In this document: one piece after another, positions 1 to 14,011 of the stretch
How positions within the stretch are numbered: position 1 is the first letter of the stretch
Layout: every line of letters starts with the position of its first letter
NCBI RefSeq assembly: GCF_964204645.1
Contig: NC_134035.1
Coordinates: forward strand, 11,874,451-11,938,450
Source of the DNA: Tubulanus polymorphus
Lineage: Eukaryota > Animalia > Nemertea
Direction of reading: 5' to 3'
DNA: 64,000 nucleotides
Made by a program: the position numbers and the translations under genes
The notes under the pieces: model-generated
What the model was told of the DNA's origin: nothing
Seen by the model: the letters and a program-made list of their open reading frames with translations, nothing else
The model's database searches: none

Positions 1-384
1 CGATCGTGCTTATTTGCGCGGTTGACCATTGACATTCAGTTTCGTTTAGTTCGCAAATAGTCGACTAACTCTGATAACCGAAGTTCGCCGGGATGGTCGC
101 AGTAGTTCGGACCTAGTTCCAAGATGGCCGACATTGTGAAATGCGTTACGACCGAACTATAGCGCGTTCGGTTATTAGCTCCAACCACTAAGCGACTAAG
201 AAAACCAAAATTCGCCCTGGAGTGACTGGAGAGATAGCATGCAAGATATCAATGTTATCAGTGGTTATTGGTAGAATAGCTACAATCAAACGTGAAGAGA
301 GACGATACAATAAAAACCCACCATTTACAGATTAAAAGTATTAAAAACCGATAATTCATTGAATCAAAAAATATCAAATTGAAA

Positions 385-428
385 TACACGACGTTTCGAT
401 CTCACCCCAGAGATCATCGTCAGGTGTG
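385..428 (-). ncRNA. Minimal type I hammerhead ribozyme motif (Penelope-like element type)
   Basis: Minus strand CACAC-CUGACGA-U-GAUCUC(UGGGGU)GAGAUC-GAAA-CGUC-GUGU: full core, 6-bp stem II, ACAC/GUGU stem I, palindromic ACGU in place of stem III. Confidence 0.75.
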
Positions 429-470
429 AGATTAAGTGTTAAAACGAGGGGTACATATAGAATTAATCTC

Positions 471-516
471 ACACGAAGACGTTTCGATCTCAACCTAGTA
501 TAGAGATCATCGTCAA
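471..516 (-). ncRNA. Second, 5'-degenerate hammerhead motif (tandem partner)
   Basis: Minus strand UUGACGA-U-GAUCUC(11 nt)GAGAUC-GAAA-CGUC; core C3 replaced by U. Confidence 0.55.
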
Positions 517-3500
517 TTTAATAGCGGTATTTTACTGCGGCCGCGAATATCGCTTGTACCTCGAGGCTTTAATTACATTTCATAACGGTTCATCAAATTC
601 ATAATGTATGATTTCGCGGATGTTTTGACGATCCGAGCCGTTCTTCTCGTCGGTTTGATGTCGGTTGACATGTCAGAAAGATGTGTCACTCTTGACTGAA
701 CTATCGATGGTTCGATTCAATTTCTAACGGTATAATTGCGTAATCAATCTGAATCAATTTCATCTAATCGGCGTCGACTGGACAAATTGAACGAATCTAC
801 ATTCTCTATCAAAGCCTAAAAATAGATTCCCTAAATCACTCAACTCAGTAGAAAGAATAGTCTTAAAAAGTATAGGTCGATCCCTTAATCTATTTTGGAT
901 ATACGTTAGCGTTATTTCCTTTTCTACAAATTGATTCTGAAGTTTTATTTCGATGTGTGTAAATGAGAGACAACTTCTGGGGTAAATTCAATAAACTAAA
1001 GAAAAAAAAAAAAAAACGTCCCTTCGATAGCGCACGTAATATCTCATTTTAGCAAACGTTTCAAAGAATTAACTTACGCGTATTTATTCGACGAAAATGC
1101 TTAATTAGCTTTATCGAAAGAGATGTAAAGTTATTCGGTTCGGTAAATACCAACTCTGTTTCGTAGTTATGTTAATTCATTTTTAACTTTTCTAACGCTT
1201 CTGAGACCGAGATTCATTACATAGTTCTCATAGCTATAATGAATAGATAATACTGTGAAAAAATACTGATGTAATCTTTACTATCGTCCGCAGTGAAACA
1301 AGGGATGCAACATGCGAACATGAATATGAATTCATTTTCACTTCAAATATCAATTATAATATTGCATGCTTGTTGATTGAACACCTTTCACACTCCGCCT
1401 AACGTATTGACAAACATATATGCCGACAAATATGTAAGTTTCATAAGAATATGAGGATGATGATGTATTCTGTGTATACATGAGCAATCCTTACATGCGA
1501 ATAATATGACATCCTAACACGAAATTCCTTAGCGAGTCTAGATCCAACCCCAAAGGGCTCGTATGGGTACTTCAAAAACGATAATGTGTCAAATGCGTGT
1601 ATAAATTAGTATCTTAATAGTGTCTATAGATACATAAGAAAATATTTATTTCATTAGACGCTGGATTCAATAGATTATCGTTTTTGCAGTACCAACAACT
1701 CCTGCCCCTGTGATCCCAATTCGTATCGTCGCGATTCCATCTACGAAAAAAAAGATGTCCCGACAGTCTGACGTATATTCAGACGCATTAAGCCGATCGC
1801 CGAGCTATCAGTCGACAGAATTACCAATTCTACTCACCGACAACGATTCAACTGGTATAGACAAAATCAATTCACTAGCATCGTTTGTAAATCAAAGATC
1901 AAATCCATCATCGGACGACGGGCAACTTTTTTCCAGGCAAACGACGGGCGTGTGTGAACCCTGGTTCGTCTGCTATCGATGTTATAAGGGATACCGCATA
2001 ATAAAAATCAGTTAGCGCTCGGGGGTCCGGCATCCGTGTATTCTAATGAATATTTATGTGACGCACGTCATCGGCAAGTTATGAACGAAGGACATGACCG
2101 TCAGGCGAAGCTTCCTATTCATGCTCTTCAACGCAGCGTCGACTTCCTTCATCTGTACCACTTAATCGTCGCGGATTGCGTACGGAAGACCGTGTCAGAA
2201 ATTATGGTCGCCTGAATGGATTCAGCCGAATGATCTACGTCCTGAATAGCAAGAGCTTCCCGCGAATAAACATCGCGAGTCTACGAGGGAGAGACGATCG
2301 TCAAATTTCAATTTCGGCAACACGCGTGATCGATCACGTATTAGTCGAATCGAGAGACAAAAAACCGGCAATTTATGGTCAACACAAAAAAAGGCAGAGA
2401 GAGAAAGAGATACGCGTTAAAAAGGCCGCCATAGCGCTTCCACGAAAACCGACGCAGACACACACACGTCTTACACTTAAAAAATAAGTTATACGCAAAC
2501 ATATATTTCGTAGAAGAAATAAGGTTAGTGATAACGTATAACGTGCGCCGTGGTATGTTCCGGCGCATCATGCGGCGTGGAGTAATCGGCCTTGTAAATT
2601 AAAATTGTTGTTGTCTCTTCGTCGCAGCACATCAAATAAACACGGAATCAAAGGCTTATCGTTTTAAGTTTATCCCGATTCGGATCTCCGATAAAAGTTG
2701 ATTTTTGTGTCCTACTTCGCGCGCAAGGTGGTCGTGGGCGTTTTAATAGAAGATTAAGAGGGCTAAGCGAAATAAGGGGACTATATAACTACCGATGTAA
2801 CATTAAACCTGTTTTGTGACGAGAATATAAAATCCGATAATGGTTGAATAAACTATCAGCTATTAATGGTTGAAAAAATTTATCTTTCGTCATTAGTGTG
2901 GTATTATAAGATCCATGTATTACAAAAGGACTGGTAAAGCATATAGGCATGACAATCATGGGACATCTAAATGGGTTTTTTTTGTGTTTATGCGCTTCGA
3001 TATCAAGTTCGCCTCTACGGAGCTCCGGAGATGAAATTGTGAAAAATAAATCTTTTTTTCGTGGGAACGACATAATCATTTCGTTCGAACGAAATATTTT
3101 TCGTCGGAACGAAAAAAAAACATAATTTCGTTGGAACGAAAAAAACATATTTCGTGAAAACATGTGTTTCTTGCGATTGTTTCGAAGCGACTTGTAGTTA
3201 CGAAACACGTCAGGAAAACGTTACTATTCGGCGTTTATTTCGTGTTGTGTATAAGTGATGACACTGGTCGTCTATCATATCAGAGCAGACCTGCCGACAA
3301 CCTCATCAAGGGTCAACACAATTATACTCGAATAAGGTGATAACCTCGCGTGTAGAAGAAAGCTCCCAGTGACATACGTGATAAATAATATGACAGACGC
3401 ATGACGACACGCGCTGTGGTTACCTGGGGTTTCATTATTACTCTTGTCGTGAGATATTTACGCCGTCGCGCCGTCAACATGTGGCCTTTCTTTGAAACAT

Positions 3501-3750
3501 AATCAGCCGTTCGCTCGACGACGAAGACACATTAAGCGTGCAATGAATCCCTCGGCGAGAACGGCAAATTAACGATAAACGTCCAGCGATAAAATCTGAG
3601 CATTCTGTCGCTATAAAGTAGTCCGAGATAAAAAATAAAGGCTCGTGATGGAAGATATGAAGCTGGCGTGATACGTATAAGAATATATCCATTTACTATT
3701 TGATTTGGACTGAAAAGCCAACAACCTGAGGAGAAGGAGAGGGAGAGGGA

Positions 3751-4118
3751 GAGGCAGAGGCAAAGGCAGAGGCAGAGGCAGAGGCAGAGGCAGAGGCAGA
3801 GGCAGAGGCAGAGGCAGAGGCAGAGGCAGAGGCAGAGGCAGAGGCAGAGGCAGAGGCAGAGGCAGAGGCAGAGGCAGAGGCAGAGGCAGAGGCAGAGGCA
3901 GAGGCAGAGGCAGAGGCAGAGGCAGAGGCAGAGGCAGAGGCAGAGGCAGAGGCAGAGGCAGAGGCAGAGGCAGAGGCAGAGGCAGAGGCAGAGGCAGAGG
4001 CAGAGGCAGAGGCAGAGGCAGAGGCAGAGGCAGAGGCAGAGGCAGAGGCAGAGGCAGAGGCAGAGGCAGACGGAGAGGGAGACGGAGACGGAGACGGAGA
4101 CGGAGACGGAGACGGAGA
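3751..4118. repeat. (GAGGCA)n hexanucleotide microsatellite grading into (GAGACG)n
   Basis: ~50 near-perfect GAGGCA units, then GAGACG units. Confidence 0.98.
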
Positions 4119-5088
4119 TGGAGAGTAAACATTTATGGAACTCTATCCTACCTGATAAGCGTAGTGAGCTGGGCAAAACATGCGCGACGGCAGAATAGCA
4201 GTTTCTGGTCTGTCCTTCATTATACATCCCATTTTCCTCCACATATTAAGTTAGTTTGTTAAAGACTTATCGAATTTTGTCTTCGCGCGGTAATCTGTGT
4301 TTGTTTTCAAGCGTTAGCACTTAAGCGAAATCCCATCGGTTGTAAGAACTCAGCGCCTGACTGTGGGCGTAAATGATATATCAATAACCTGCCGATGCAA
4401 CAGGGTGCGGTGCACCTCGTTCATTCAACGGATTATGATATATCGATATTGATCCACGTCATACATACAATCAGTATTTAATTCCTTCGAGCAAACTAAT
4501 CTCCACCGATATATATTAAGTCGTTGTATCCAGTGAAAGTCAATCTTAAGTCATAGCATTCGTTATCTTCGTCAGCGATTTCAAAGAATCAAAGCTAACA
4601 GATTTGTATCTAAACTAAAAAATAACTTCGCTAATTGTGGTGCACGCACTGCTCAGTCACCAGACCCGTGTAGACGATGAATTTCTGTAAATAGTTCCAC
4701 CAAAGACTGTAGAATGTCTACCGAAAATTATATAAGTAAGATCCAACGTCTGATCGAACCGTGCGCGTATGGGAACATCTTTTCATTCGGATCAGTCAGC
4801 GGCAACGACAGTCACAATAACAACATGAAGAAGAAGTGTTGCTCTGACAACGTCCGTTGATCCAAGTATATATTTTGTATGCTACACAGTCATATTCGAG
4901 TGATTCCAACGAGCGCTCGTGATGCCTTTTCACGCGTTAGCGGCCGAGAAAAACCTATACTACAACTCCGAAAAATTCACATTAATCGAATGCATCCATG
5001 TATAGTCGAGGGACAAAACTAAGAAATTATACACCACCGACAGTTTTAATTAATTTCTAATGTCGCTCTAATTTCAATGATCAACCGT

Positions 5089-5131
5089 GCCGCCACCGCC
5101 GCCGCCGCCGCCGCCACCGCTGTCGTCGCCG
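5089..5131. repeat. (GCC)n-like trinucleotide tract
   Basis: gccgccaccgccgccgccgcc...gtcgtcgcc. Confidence 0.8.
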
Positions 5132-6320
5132 CAACGCTACGGGCCACGGACGAAACGTTATATCTCGCAGCTACAGTAATTACTAATATCTAGATAATAT
5201 CCCCGGGTTTAAATCTACAAAAATCACATCCAGTGATAGACGGGACGATTCGATACTGACGAATTTGAGCGATAGAATCTTATGTTAAAGGGAACTTGCG
5301 ATACACACGCGCCTTGTATGGAATTGCGCGAAGATTACCCGGCGAAAAAGCGATAAATATTTCATTCTCAATGCGGTATGAACTCTTGGATGATACCCCA
5401 ACGGGGGCTCGTCCGTCGCATTATCGAATGATTACGATACAAGTACTTGTATGGCTATAACAGTTTCGGCGAGCACGATTCTTTATAGCGAAACAACGGC
5501 CGACGAAATCAATCGGCCCTCGCGATCTTTGAAACCGAAGCCCGTCCGACGAAACTTGATTGATGGTCGCAAACCAAGTTACTATCCGATACCGACTTGT
5601 GAATACGCGTTTTTTTTTCGTTCATCTTTCGTCCATCAATTATCATAACCATCGATTCCTGTTGAAAACGATAGATAAAGATTGCCTGAGTTTGTATCGA
5701 ATAGAAAGACGGATAGATAGACAGAGCGTGGATTACCAGCGAGTGGATCCAGCTGAGAGCCTCTATAGTTGTTAAGAGTCCGCCTCGCACGCGGACAATA
5801 TATTCGACGAAAGAAACGCGCACCAGACGAGAGCCAATATAACGAAAACGTTTCCGGATCGCATTCGTTCAATGCGACTGATTGGCGAGTTTACGAGAAG
5901 CTCCGAAGCTGTCTTCTCCTTGCCGGCGACTGATGGTATAAGCCAACCGACTACGGCTGAGATAGAACTCCTAGAGACAAATTTCACATACATATATACC
6001 ATTACGTCGATCGGCGTCGACTAACGATTAATCACCTGCCATTTTTGCAACACCCATGTCTTACGTCAACGTTAAAAGGAAGTAGCGATTGTATTAAGAT
6101 GATTAATGGAGCGATTTGATTCGCATCAATATATTTGAGCGAAGTATACGCAAAATTATTCGGCGAGGGGGATGGTCCGCTCGCCCGTGATGGGCTGACA
6201 GCCGGCGCACAAAACTTTGACAAATCGCCCGGTTTTGCGAATGGCCCAAACGAGTACTCTCGCCGCTCGTACGCGGGATAAATGGCTTCAACGTTACGGA
6301 CACCATCGACTAAACTATTA

Positions 6321-6496
6321 AGCCCAACGAACACGACGCATGGGAAAACCGGTAATCACGGAAACACGGAATCGAACATGTTTGTCATCGGAAACATCGT
6401 TTCCCAAACCATGTTTTCCGTTTCTCGTAACGCACACGATACAATGAAACGCGCGGAAACATGTTTCTGTCTCCTGTTTATCGTGTGCGTCGGGCT
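6321..6496. mobile_element. MITE family A copy (TIR AGCCCGACGCACACGAC...), PIF/Harbinger-like
   Basis: agcccaacgaacacgac...tcgtgtgcgtcgggct inverted ends; internal GGAAACA motifs; >=5 related copies in window; superfamily is inference. Confidence 0.75.
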
Positions 6497-8185
6497 TTTA
6501 AGCAATCAGTGTTGTGGCCCGGGAAATGAAAGAAAAGAAACATCTTGGGCCAACTCGACCGGGTCGTATCTATCATCCTCCTATCTATTTTTTTTGTCCG
6601 CATATAAGGTCAATGTCATCACCTTTCTCGATGACGTTACGTGACCGTCTCAAGGTTACCAACGCACGCGGCCAAACCGGAGTCAATAATTTATCACGGT
6701 TTTCGCACAATGGTATTTTACAGGTTTTATCTGCAATAGAGACTCTAGTCTTTATCCTGCGCGTGTGGTCTATTGGTGCATCAATCTTCTTGCGACTGTT
6801 TGCGCCCATTAGTCAAGTCATTTGTCCCCTTCCGTTGTCAGTTGATCGAGGTCGGCGAAATAGCCATCAAAGGTTTCGGTATATTTGTATAGTAGCCTCA
6901 AATTTCCCGGCTAGGCGAAAAAATGAACGTTAGATATTATTGGCTGTGAATCGAAGCTTCCCGTGCCGATTTTCTAAACAAGTATTTGAATTAACCGCTT
7001 TCATAAAACGATTGAAACATATTACTATTTAGAATTAGATTTGAAAACAAATATGGAGAAAAAATTCAACAATGCGGGCCCAGCGGGTACCCAAAAAATA
7101 TGGCGCCGGAAGATGCTATTAGTGGGATTGAGCAAATGGCCAGAATATTGACTCACTTCATTACCACGATTAATGTCTAATGCACCTTAAAACGTGAATG
7201 TCCATAATACGAATTCACGTTAAAGAAACATATTATAATCATCAAATGAAATAACCGTGTTTTTAATACTCTGTTTCGCTCCCGGCAGTTGTGGCGGGTT
7301 TGTAAGGGACAACGAATAAAAAAGAAGGCAAACCAAATCTTTACCAATCAAATAAATAACTAGTTTATCCAGTAGTTTAAAAACTAGTTCAGTCTCTCGA
7401 AATAAACCTCGACATTTTATTTTTTACAAGTATCCAGGATGCTTACGCATCTGAGGCAGAAAACCCTTAACTCGATCCGTCGTTGAACTGGTATTGAATA
7501 TAGTAACGCTGCCACTCGGAGGACAGCGTCAAAATCGCGGCGATATTTTTCACCGCCTTCCCGTTCATTGACACCAATCGTGTCACGCTTCCGTACGCCG
7601 AATCCGTCGCTGATCGTTATGCGAAGGTTATCGTCCCCGAGGGGGAAAGGAACTCGTACCGTTGACGCGGCGTCAAACGAACGAGATGATGATCGTCGTG
7701 GACTCGATGGAAAGCCGTGTCCACATAAACAAACTCACAATCACTTCATAGTCATCATATCTCCTTCAGGATATACGCCGTATTCGCGTTTTATCTGTGA
7801 TAGTCATAGTTAACGGTTTTATCGACGCGTCAATCCCGAACACTATTATTCATTTTACATCTACCCGCGTCACGTGATACTTGCCTAGATTTTCATTATT
7901 TTTAAAGAACGTTCATATTTGCGATTTTTTGTGATACATTCGCTTTACGCATATTGCATGATAAGACCTATCGCAGTTAAATCGCATTTATCTTTAATGT
8001 CAGTTCCTCCGGGCTTGCCACTATGTTGTACCCATTTTGCCTTGAAGCACAGATCCAATAAAAGTACCCGAATACTGGGAAGAATGTGTCACTCATCAGA
8101 TTTAACCATTCCTGTTATATACAAGGTTTTCGTGTAAAATGGAAGAAATCCTTTCAAACATGGGAAATATAAAGCTGGGTGCAAC

Positions 8186-8501
8186 TGTCAATGGCGCTTT
8201 GACCCTAATCTGCGTGGGATAGAAGGGAATAGCCAATTATTGATCATCAAAATCATGTTTCCCACTCAATGCAGGTAGAAATTTGCCTTTTCGGCTGATG
8301 CAAACTCTAAGCCCTTATAAGTCCTTATCTTTCTATATCTCAAATGTCAATGGCGCTTTGACCCTAATCTGCGTGGGATAGAAGGGAATAGCCAATTATT
8401 GATCATCAAAATCATGTTTCCCACTCAATGCAGGTAGAAATTTGCCTTTTCGGCTGATGCAAACTCTAAGCCCTTATAAGTCCTTATCTTTCTATATCTC
8501 A
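8186..8501. repeat. Exact 159-bp tandem duplication
   Basis: tgtcaatggcgc...ttctatatctca at 8186 and 8345. Confidence 0.95.
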
Positions 8502-9969
8502 TAACCAGCATCGGCTTGTTTACGATGCATAGATGGCATAACAATGAATACGATGGTGGTAATTACGAGGTGATCGTGTGAACGTAAACAGGGTTAAAAA
8601 TCCGGAGATCAACAAAGCTTTATTGTGTGAAATGCATCGGATCGTGTTATGACACGAACGTATACACACTCGCCGATAGGACGAGATCTCATTTCAAAAC
8701 TGTATCTACAAATATTTACGTTTACAATCGCGATCAATTAGCCTTTCCTCGTGAATCTATCGACTAGGTAATCAGGGCTGATTCCTTAGCGAGAGAATGA
8801 ACTGTTTGGACACGGGTATATAAACAAACGTATACATCATCTTAGGATCGTATTTTATCGATGTTTCTTTGTAACGCCTTTGGTCAAACCTTTCTACATT
8901 TACCCTACCCACGTATCTGATTGTTTTTTCGTTATGACCGACACATGTCCCCAAGTATAATGCTACTCGACTCGGAAAAAGTGGGATTCGAACCCAGGAG
9001 CAACTCCCTCAGGCCACTATTTCCTAGTTGTTGCCGGTACTACTGCCGCTCGCTCCCATTGTCTAGTCGAGTGATGGCGGGAAGAAATGGGCAAGCATTA
9101 AGTTTCACAACCTTTCCCCATCAGGTATGGACGGCAGGCGACACTGTGAATGTGAATCAAACCGTCACGCATTCTTCTGAAACTGACAGCAAGAAGCTCG
9201 CCATATCAGGCATAAGATAAAATCATTGTTCCGCTTCGCCAACGCGAGATGCGTCCGCTATACTCAAAGAAAGATTGCTGCGTATAAAATTGCATTATTA
9301 GATGCATATTCCACTTGGTATATATAGTGATAATAGAGCGACACGACTTGGTGGACATAAATACACACATATTATGATCACTTATGAAATAACTTCCAAC
9401 AAGCGAAAGTATCTCCAAAACGTATAACATACCCAACAAAGGTTACGTGGAGAAAGTCCAGCATCGGACGATAGGCTAGATTTGGCGTTGGTACAAACCG
9501 ATTCTGTAAAAGATTATGCCGCCACCGTACATTTTATGAATAGTTAATCAGCATCGGCCATCGGAACGTCGCTGTTAGGCCTACGCGACTTCCGTCGTCG
9601 GAGCCGACCTTAAACTAACAGCGCCTCGACTTACCGCTCAGACGACTAATGATCGGTTTACTAATTCGGTCGGTCCCTCGGTTAACTCATTAACACTGCG
9701 TACGCAGGGCACGTATAATCACGCTTAGTCTTTCATGTATGTAAGACTAACGCGAAGGGAAATGGATGTTTATTACCGTACCATAGCGACGGAGTAGGAG
9801 GTAACCTTTATCCGTGTCAAGGTGCTTTATCTTCTAGGTAGCAATAATGGTCACCTAATTCGGACACGGCAAACTCAGATCTTTTACTTATTTCGAAAAC
9901 ACGGAAAAACTAGTTTCTTTCATCGGACTCAAGTCTGCCCGAGTTATGTCAGGTTAACTGTATTAGTAA

Positions 9970-10082
9970 TGGACTACAGGACCACAGTTGTGAGTTAGAG
10001 TTAACTATGAGTTAAAATTAGTTCATTTTCAATGAGTTAACTCAGGGCCAAATCTTAACTCCGAACTGTGGAACTTGACCCA
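9970..10082. mobile_element. MITE family G (GGxCCAGTTCCACAG-type ends; relatives at 47959-48310, 56401-56577, 42638-42811)
   Basis: ccacagttgtgagttag...aactccgaactgtggaacttgacc; shared GAGTTAACTC motifs. Confidence 0.55.
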
Positions 10083-10452
10083 GTAGTTCTACTACTAATT
10101 CTAGTCGTGGAAATCAAAAATTGCCTTTTTTCATAACTCGTCGCGCGTTTCCAATTCATTGGCCGCAGTAATTTGAATATCGCGGAATCTTGTCCTTTAT
10201 TCGGAGCGACGGTATAGAAACAGACGGATAATGCAAAGCAGTTGCGATGGAAATGGGAAAAAATGGAGTTGCTCGTTTCATTTTGGCCGAAAGCAAATTG
10301 CCATACCCGTAAGCAATAAAAATACCGGCGGCGAATGGACGATGTGTACAGTACAGTGTAGCGCTTGATGAAACAAATATCGTTATAGTCATTCACCGTC
10401 GTTTGTTAACAGCCGAAATGTTATGGCGAAAGCAGCGATCACTCATGCACTA

Positions 10453-10861
10453 GGCCCGACGCACACGACGCCGGGAAACATCGAAACACTAAATCAAACA
10501 TGTTCGATTTCGGAAACACTGTGTCCCGTAACTGTGTTTTTCCTTTCTCGAAAACGCACACGACGCAGGGAAACACAGAAAAACAAGGAATAAAACATGT
10601 TTGATCTCAGGAACCTGTGTTTCTCGTAAACGCACACGACGCAGGGAAACACAGAAAAACAAGGAATAAAACATGTTTGATCTCAGGAACCTGTGTTTCT
10701 CGTAAACGCACACGACGTAGGGAAACACATAAACAAGGAATCAAACATGTTTGATCTCAGGAACCTGTGTTTCTCGTAAACGCACACGGCGCAGCGAAAC
10801 GCTCGGAAACATGTTTCCGTCACCTGTTTCCGTGTTTCCTGCATCGTACGTGTGTTGGGCT
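10453..10861. mobile_element. MITE family A copy with internal ~75-bp x3 tandem expansion (10552-10777)
   Basis: ggcccgacgcacacgacg...cgtgtgttgggct; units start at 10552, 10628, 10704. Confidence 0.8.
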
Positions 10862-10946
10862 TTTAAAAAGTCAAAATATCAGTAATACGTTTACGATCTC
10901 AAAATAGGTTTTTTTTTAATCAATCCCGATAAATATACTTTCTTAC

Positions 10947-11468
10947 CCGTGCTACTTTCATCTGTACTTCTTCGACGGACAAGTTCATATAACTATTCCA
11001 TTTGTGTTTGTGGTCCTGACGTATCGGTGAAATACACCGATCATCACCGCATCGATGCTGCGCAGTAGTAGTAACATTGTCGTCACCGCAGTCGTCATCG
11101 TCGCCATCAAAGTTTTTATCGTTTTCCTTATCGTCGGTCGACGTTTCATTCACGTCGATGTCGTCATCGCGTTTGGCAGACGACGAATTCCTTCGACAGA
11201 AGTCGTAATCTGTTTTGCCGCAACGTTCATTACCGATATAAGAACAAGCCATTAGTTTCTGATCAGGTCCGCGATCGATTCCGTCGTTCGGTTCGAATTT
11301 CGCCGCCGAAGAAACGTCGATCGGAGCGGCGGTGACGGGATTATTAAAAATCGCGCCCTTTTCGTCCACGGCGGTCGAGTTACGCGGTGTTTGCATAGTA
11401 GTGTCGGGTCTTCTACGAAATTCAGGCGGCATCGGAGTCTGAATCGACAGTGGACACTGATATTTCAT
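10947..11468 (-). CDS. Candidate coding exon of an unidentified low-complexity/acidic protein
   Basis: 174 open codons from ATG (MKYQCPL...) to a consensus donor CGG|GTAAGA; CpG-rich like the true CDSs here; no recognisable domain. Confidence 0.4.
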
Positions 11469-12187
11469 ATCCTCGCGTTCATTAGCATTTATAATAAGCG
11501 ACACGGCGTCGTCATCTCCGCAGAAAGATCATTACCGTTAATAGAAGACTGATCGTCGAATAAATCGGCAGCTATTCCTCAAAGGTTCGGTCTAACGGTC
11601 AACGCAGATAATTTGAGTATACGGACGTTGTTTCGAAGATTAAAATTTCGGTGTTATTTTCGACTAAATCTGTGGTATTTTATTTAGAAAAATAACATGA
11701 CTGCGGAACATACCGGTATAACGCTATATCGCATAAAACCACATTCTTGTCTCAGCAGTCCGGAGTAGTAGATGTATCGTTTAATGCGTCAGCTTTCGTT
11801 GAACTCGTCGACGATGAATCAATTGAATTCCTTTTTTACAAATCGGCCTTTCGGTCGTTCTGTCATCGGTTAAGTCCAGGAGATTTTAATGGTCCAACTC
11901 TTATATATATGAAAAAGTTGTAATACGCAGTAGGCAATAGGCACAACGATATAGATACAGCATTATAACTCCGATCTGAGCGAGAGGTTCCCGCGCGTGT
12001 TCCGCCGGTTGTGGAAAATCCAATCAGTGAGAAACTACAACTAGTTATTTATGAGAAATATTCGATTATCAACGATATTGATTCATGTACTGAGATAAAT
12101 CTAAATGACTGACGTTATTTATTGTCGTCGCGTTGTTGCCGTGAGTTTTGAGTAAGAGGAGCCTCCTGCGAATGGCCACCGCAACTC

Positions 12188-12240
12188 GAATGACATTGGC
12201 GAATGACATTGGCGAATGACATTGGCGAATGACATTGGCG
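12188..12240. repeat. 13-bp tandem repeat x4
   Basis: (gaatgacattggc)4. Confidence 0.95.
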
Positions 12241-12364
12241 CGTTGAAATCGTAACTTGCGGTGTGTTAATAGTTACCTGCGTGGTGAAATGTCGAATCAG
12301 TTGACTTCATTTCTTGACACCACAACGCTAAGCTCTGCTAAGACTTACGCGTCAGACACTAAGG

Positions 12365-12530
12365 CGAGCGGCGTGGGCGAGCGGTTAGAGAGTTTGACTC
12401 CGGGAAGCCAGGTCGTGGGTTCGAACCGGTAAATCCCTCCACCAAGGAGCGAATGGGAATCTGGCCTGATAGATGACGAAAGAGTTCCTAGCTCGGATGA
12501 TATGCCTCTCCCCTGGGAGAGATGACTGTT
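12365..12530 (+). mobile_element. tRNA-derived SINE (degenerate)
   Basis: A-box-like GGCGAGCGGTTAGAG and B-box GGTTCGAACC, no acceptor-stem closure, followed by non-tRNA body. Confidence 0.6.
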
Positions 12531-13826
12531 GCGGATTGTGTTAATTCATTCTTTTCACTGAGACACAAGTTCAAAGTCGTTTTTTTAATTTGTTGGTATT
12601 TTTACCGCCAGCCTTCTATAAATCTAACCGCAACAAAGTAAATCAACATTATTGATAATGAATATCTTCATTTCGTCTTGAATTATTTTCTCACCACATT
12701 CTAGTCTATCGCTTCTATAGTCCTATTGCGCTTCATTGTTATTGTAGGTACGTTTGCGAGAAAAAATATCTTTGAGTGTGATCTTAAGTGTATTTCTTAC
12801 AATACGCACTAGAAGACTTGCGGAATATAACATAACCTCAAATCCATATCCGCAATCTCAGCCACGAGACAAACACACGTTTTAAAGTGTATACGCAGCA
12901 TCGTTAAACGCCAGCCACACATTAAAGTTAACACTGTTTCCCAAAGTAAAACTGAAAGCAATGATAATACAGTTTTTACGCCAGACTCCTAAAGCCGATA
13001 TACAATTCAAAAATAATTCGAACCACTCGAGTCTAAGCATCGGAAACAAATTATCTCCGATCGTATCTGGAAACAACGTCGCTTTCTTCCGAGAAAATGT
13101 GATATATCAAAAGAAAACAAACCGATCTCAAGAGAGATTTTATCGCGAGCAAAACAAACTCGCCTGATTTCCAAAATGCGTTTCTCCTGACTTTTTCACT
13201 TTCAACCGAGAACGTCTGTTTACGAGATCTTGTCGAGTAATCAAATACGGGGGTCAATAGTTCACGAGTTAATTCAAGTCATTTAACTCGCATTAGGATC
13301 TTAATAACAGACGACATATTCATCGGATGCGCGCGGGACGTGTCGAATTTGAATTTTCGGTGCCGATTAGCGGCGAAAACATATTCGGTGATTATGATCG
13401 CGTTCGCGTCATTAGAATTTGTTCATTTCCTCTTCGTTCGTTTGCGAAGAGTAATAATTTCGCATCACGTGGTTTCTGTGCGATATGATGGTAAACCTAG
13501 CAAGCGAGGAGCGCTCCGTTCTCTCGCAATTCGCTTTACCGGTGATTTCGATGGCGTCGACGAAGAATTAATTTTTCATGTTCGTCAATGAATGTTGCGC
13601 TCCGAGAATTGGAAATTGAAGCTCGCCTACTAGTTACCTCGAAGAGCATTAATATTTCAAAATAGAATTGACTTATCGACTACGGATTTACGTAGGTAGT
13701 AAAAAAACCAATTCAAAAGATTAGAAATGGGTCGTGTTTTATTATTTCACCGTCAAATTCAATCAAAATTTCCTTGTAACTAGAAATGAACTTATGTTCT
13801 TAACCCTTCGACAGTGAAAATAGTGA

Positions 13827-14011
<185 letters not shown>

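Noticed and set aside
2789-3208. 139-aa ORF
   Set aside because: Overlaps TTTCGTxGGAACGA repeated motifs typical of a TE subterminal region; no protein-like signal.
3532-4242. ORFs rich in (CL)n / (LP)n
   Set aside because: Translations of the GAGGCA microsatellite.
12365-12440. Functional tRNA gene
   Set aside because: A/B boxes present but no acceptor-stem pairing or clean anticodon arm; treated as SINE head. Same for the B-box fragment at ~8981-8995.
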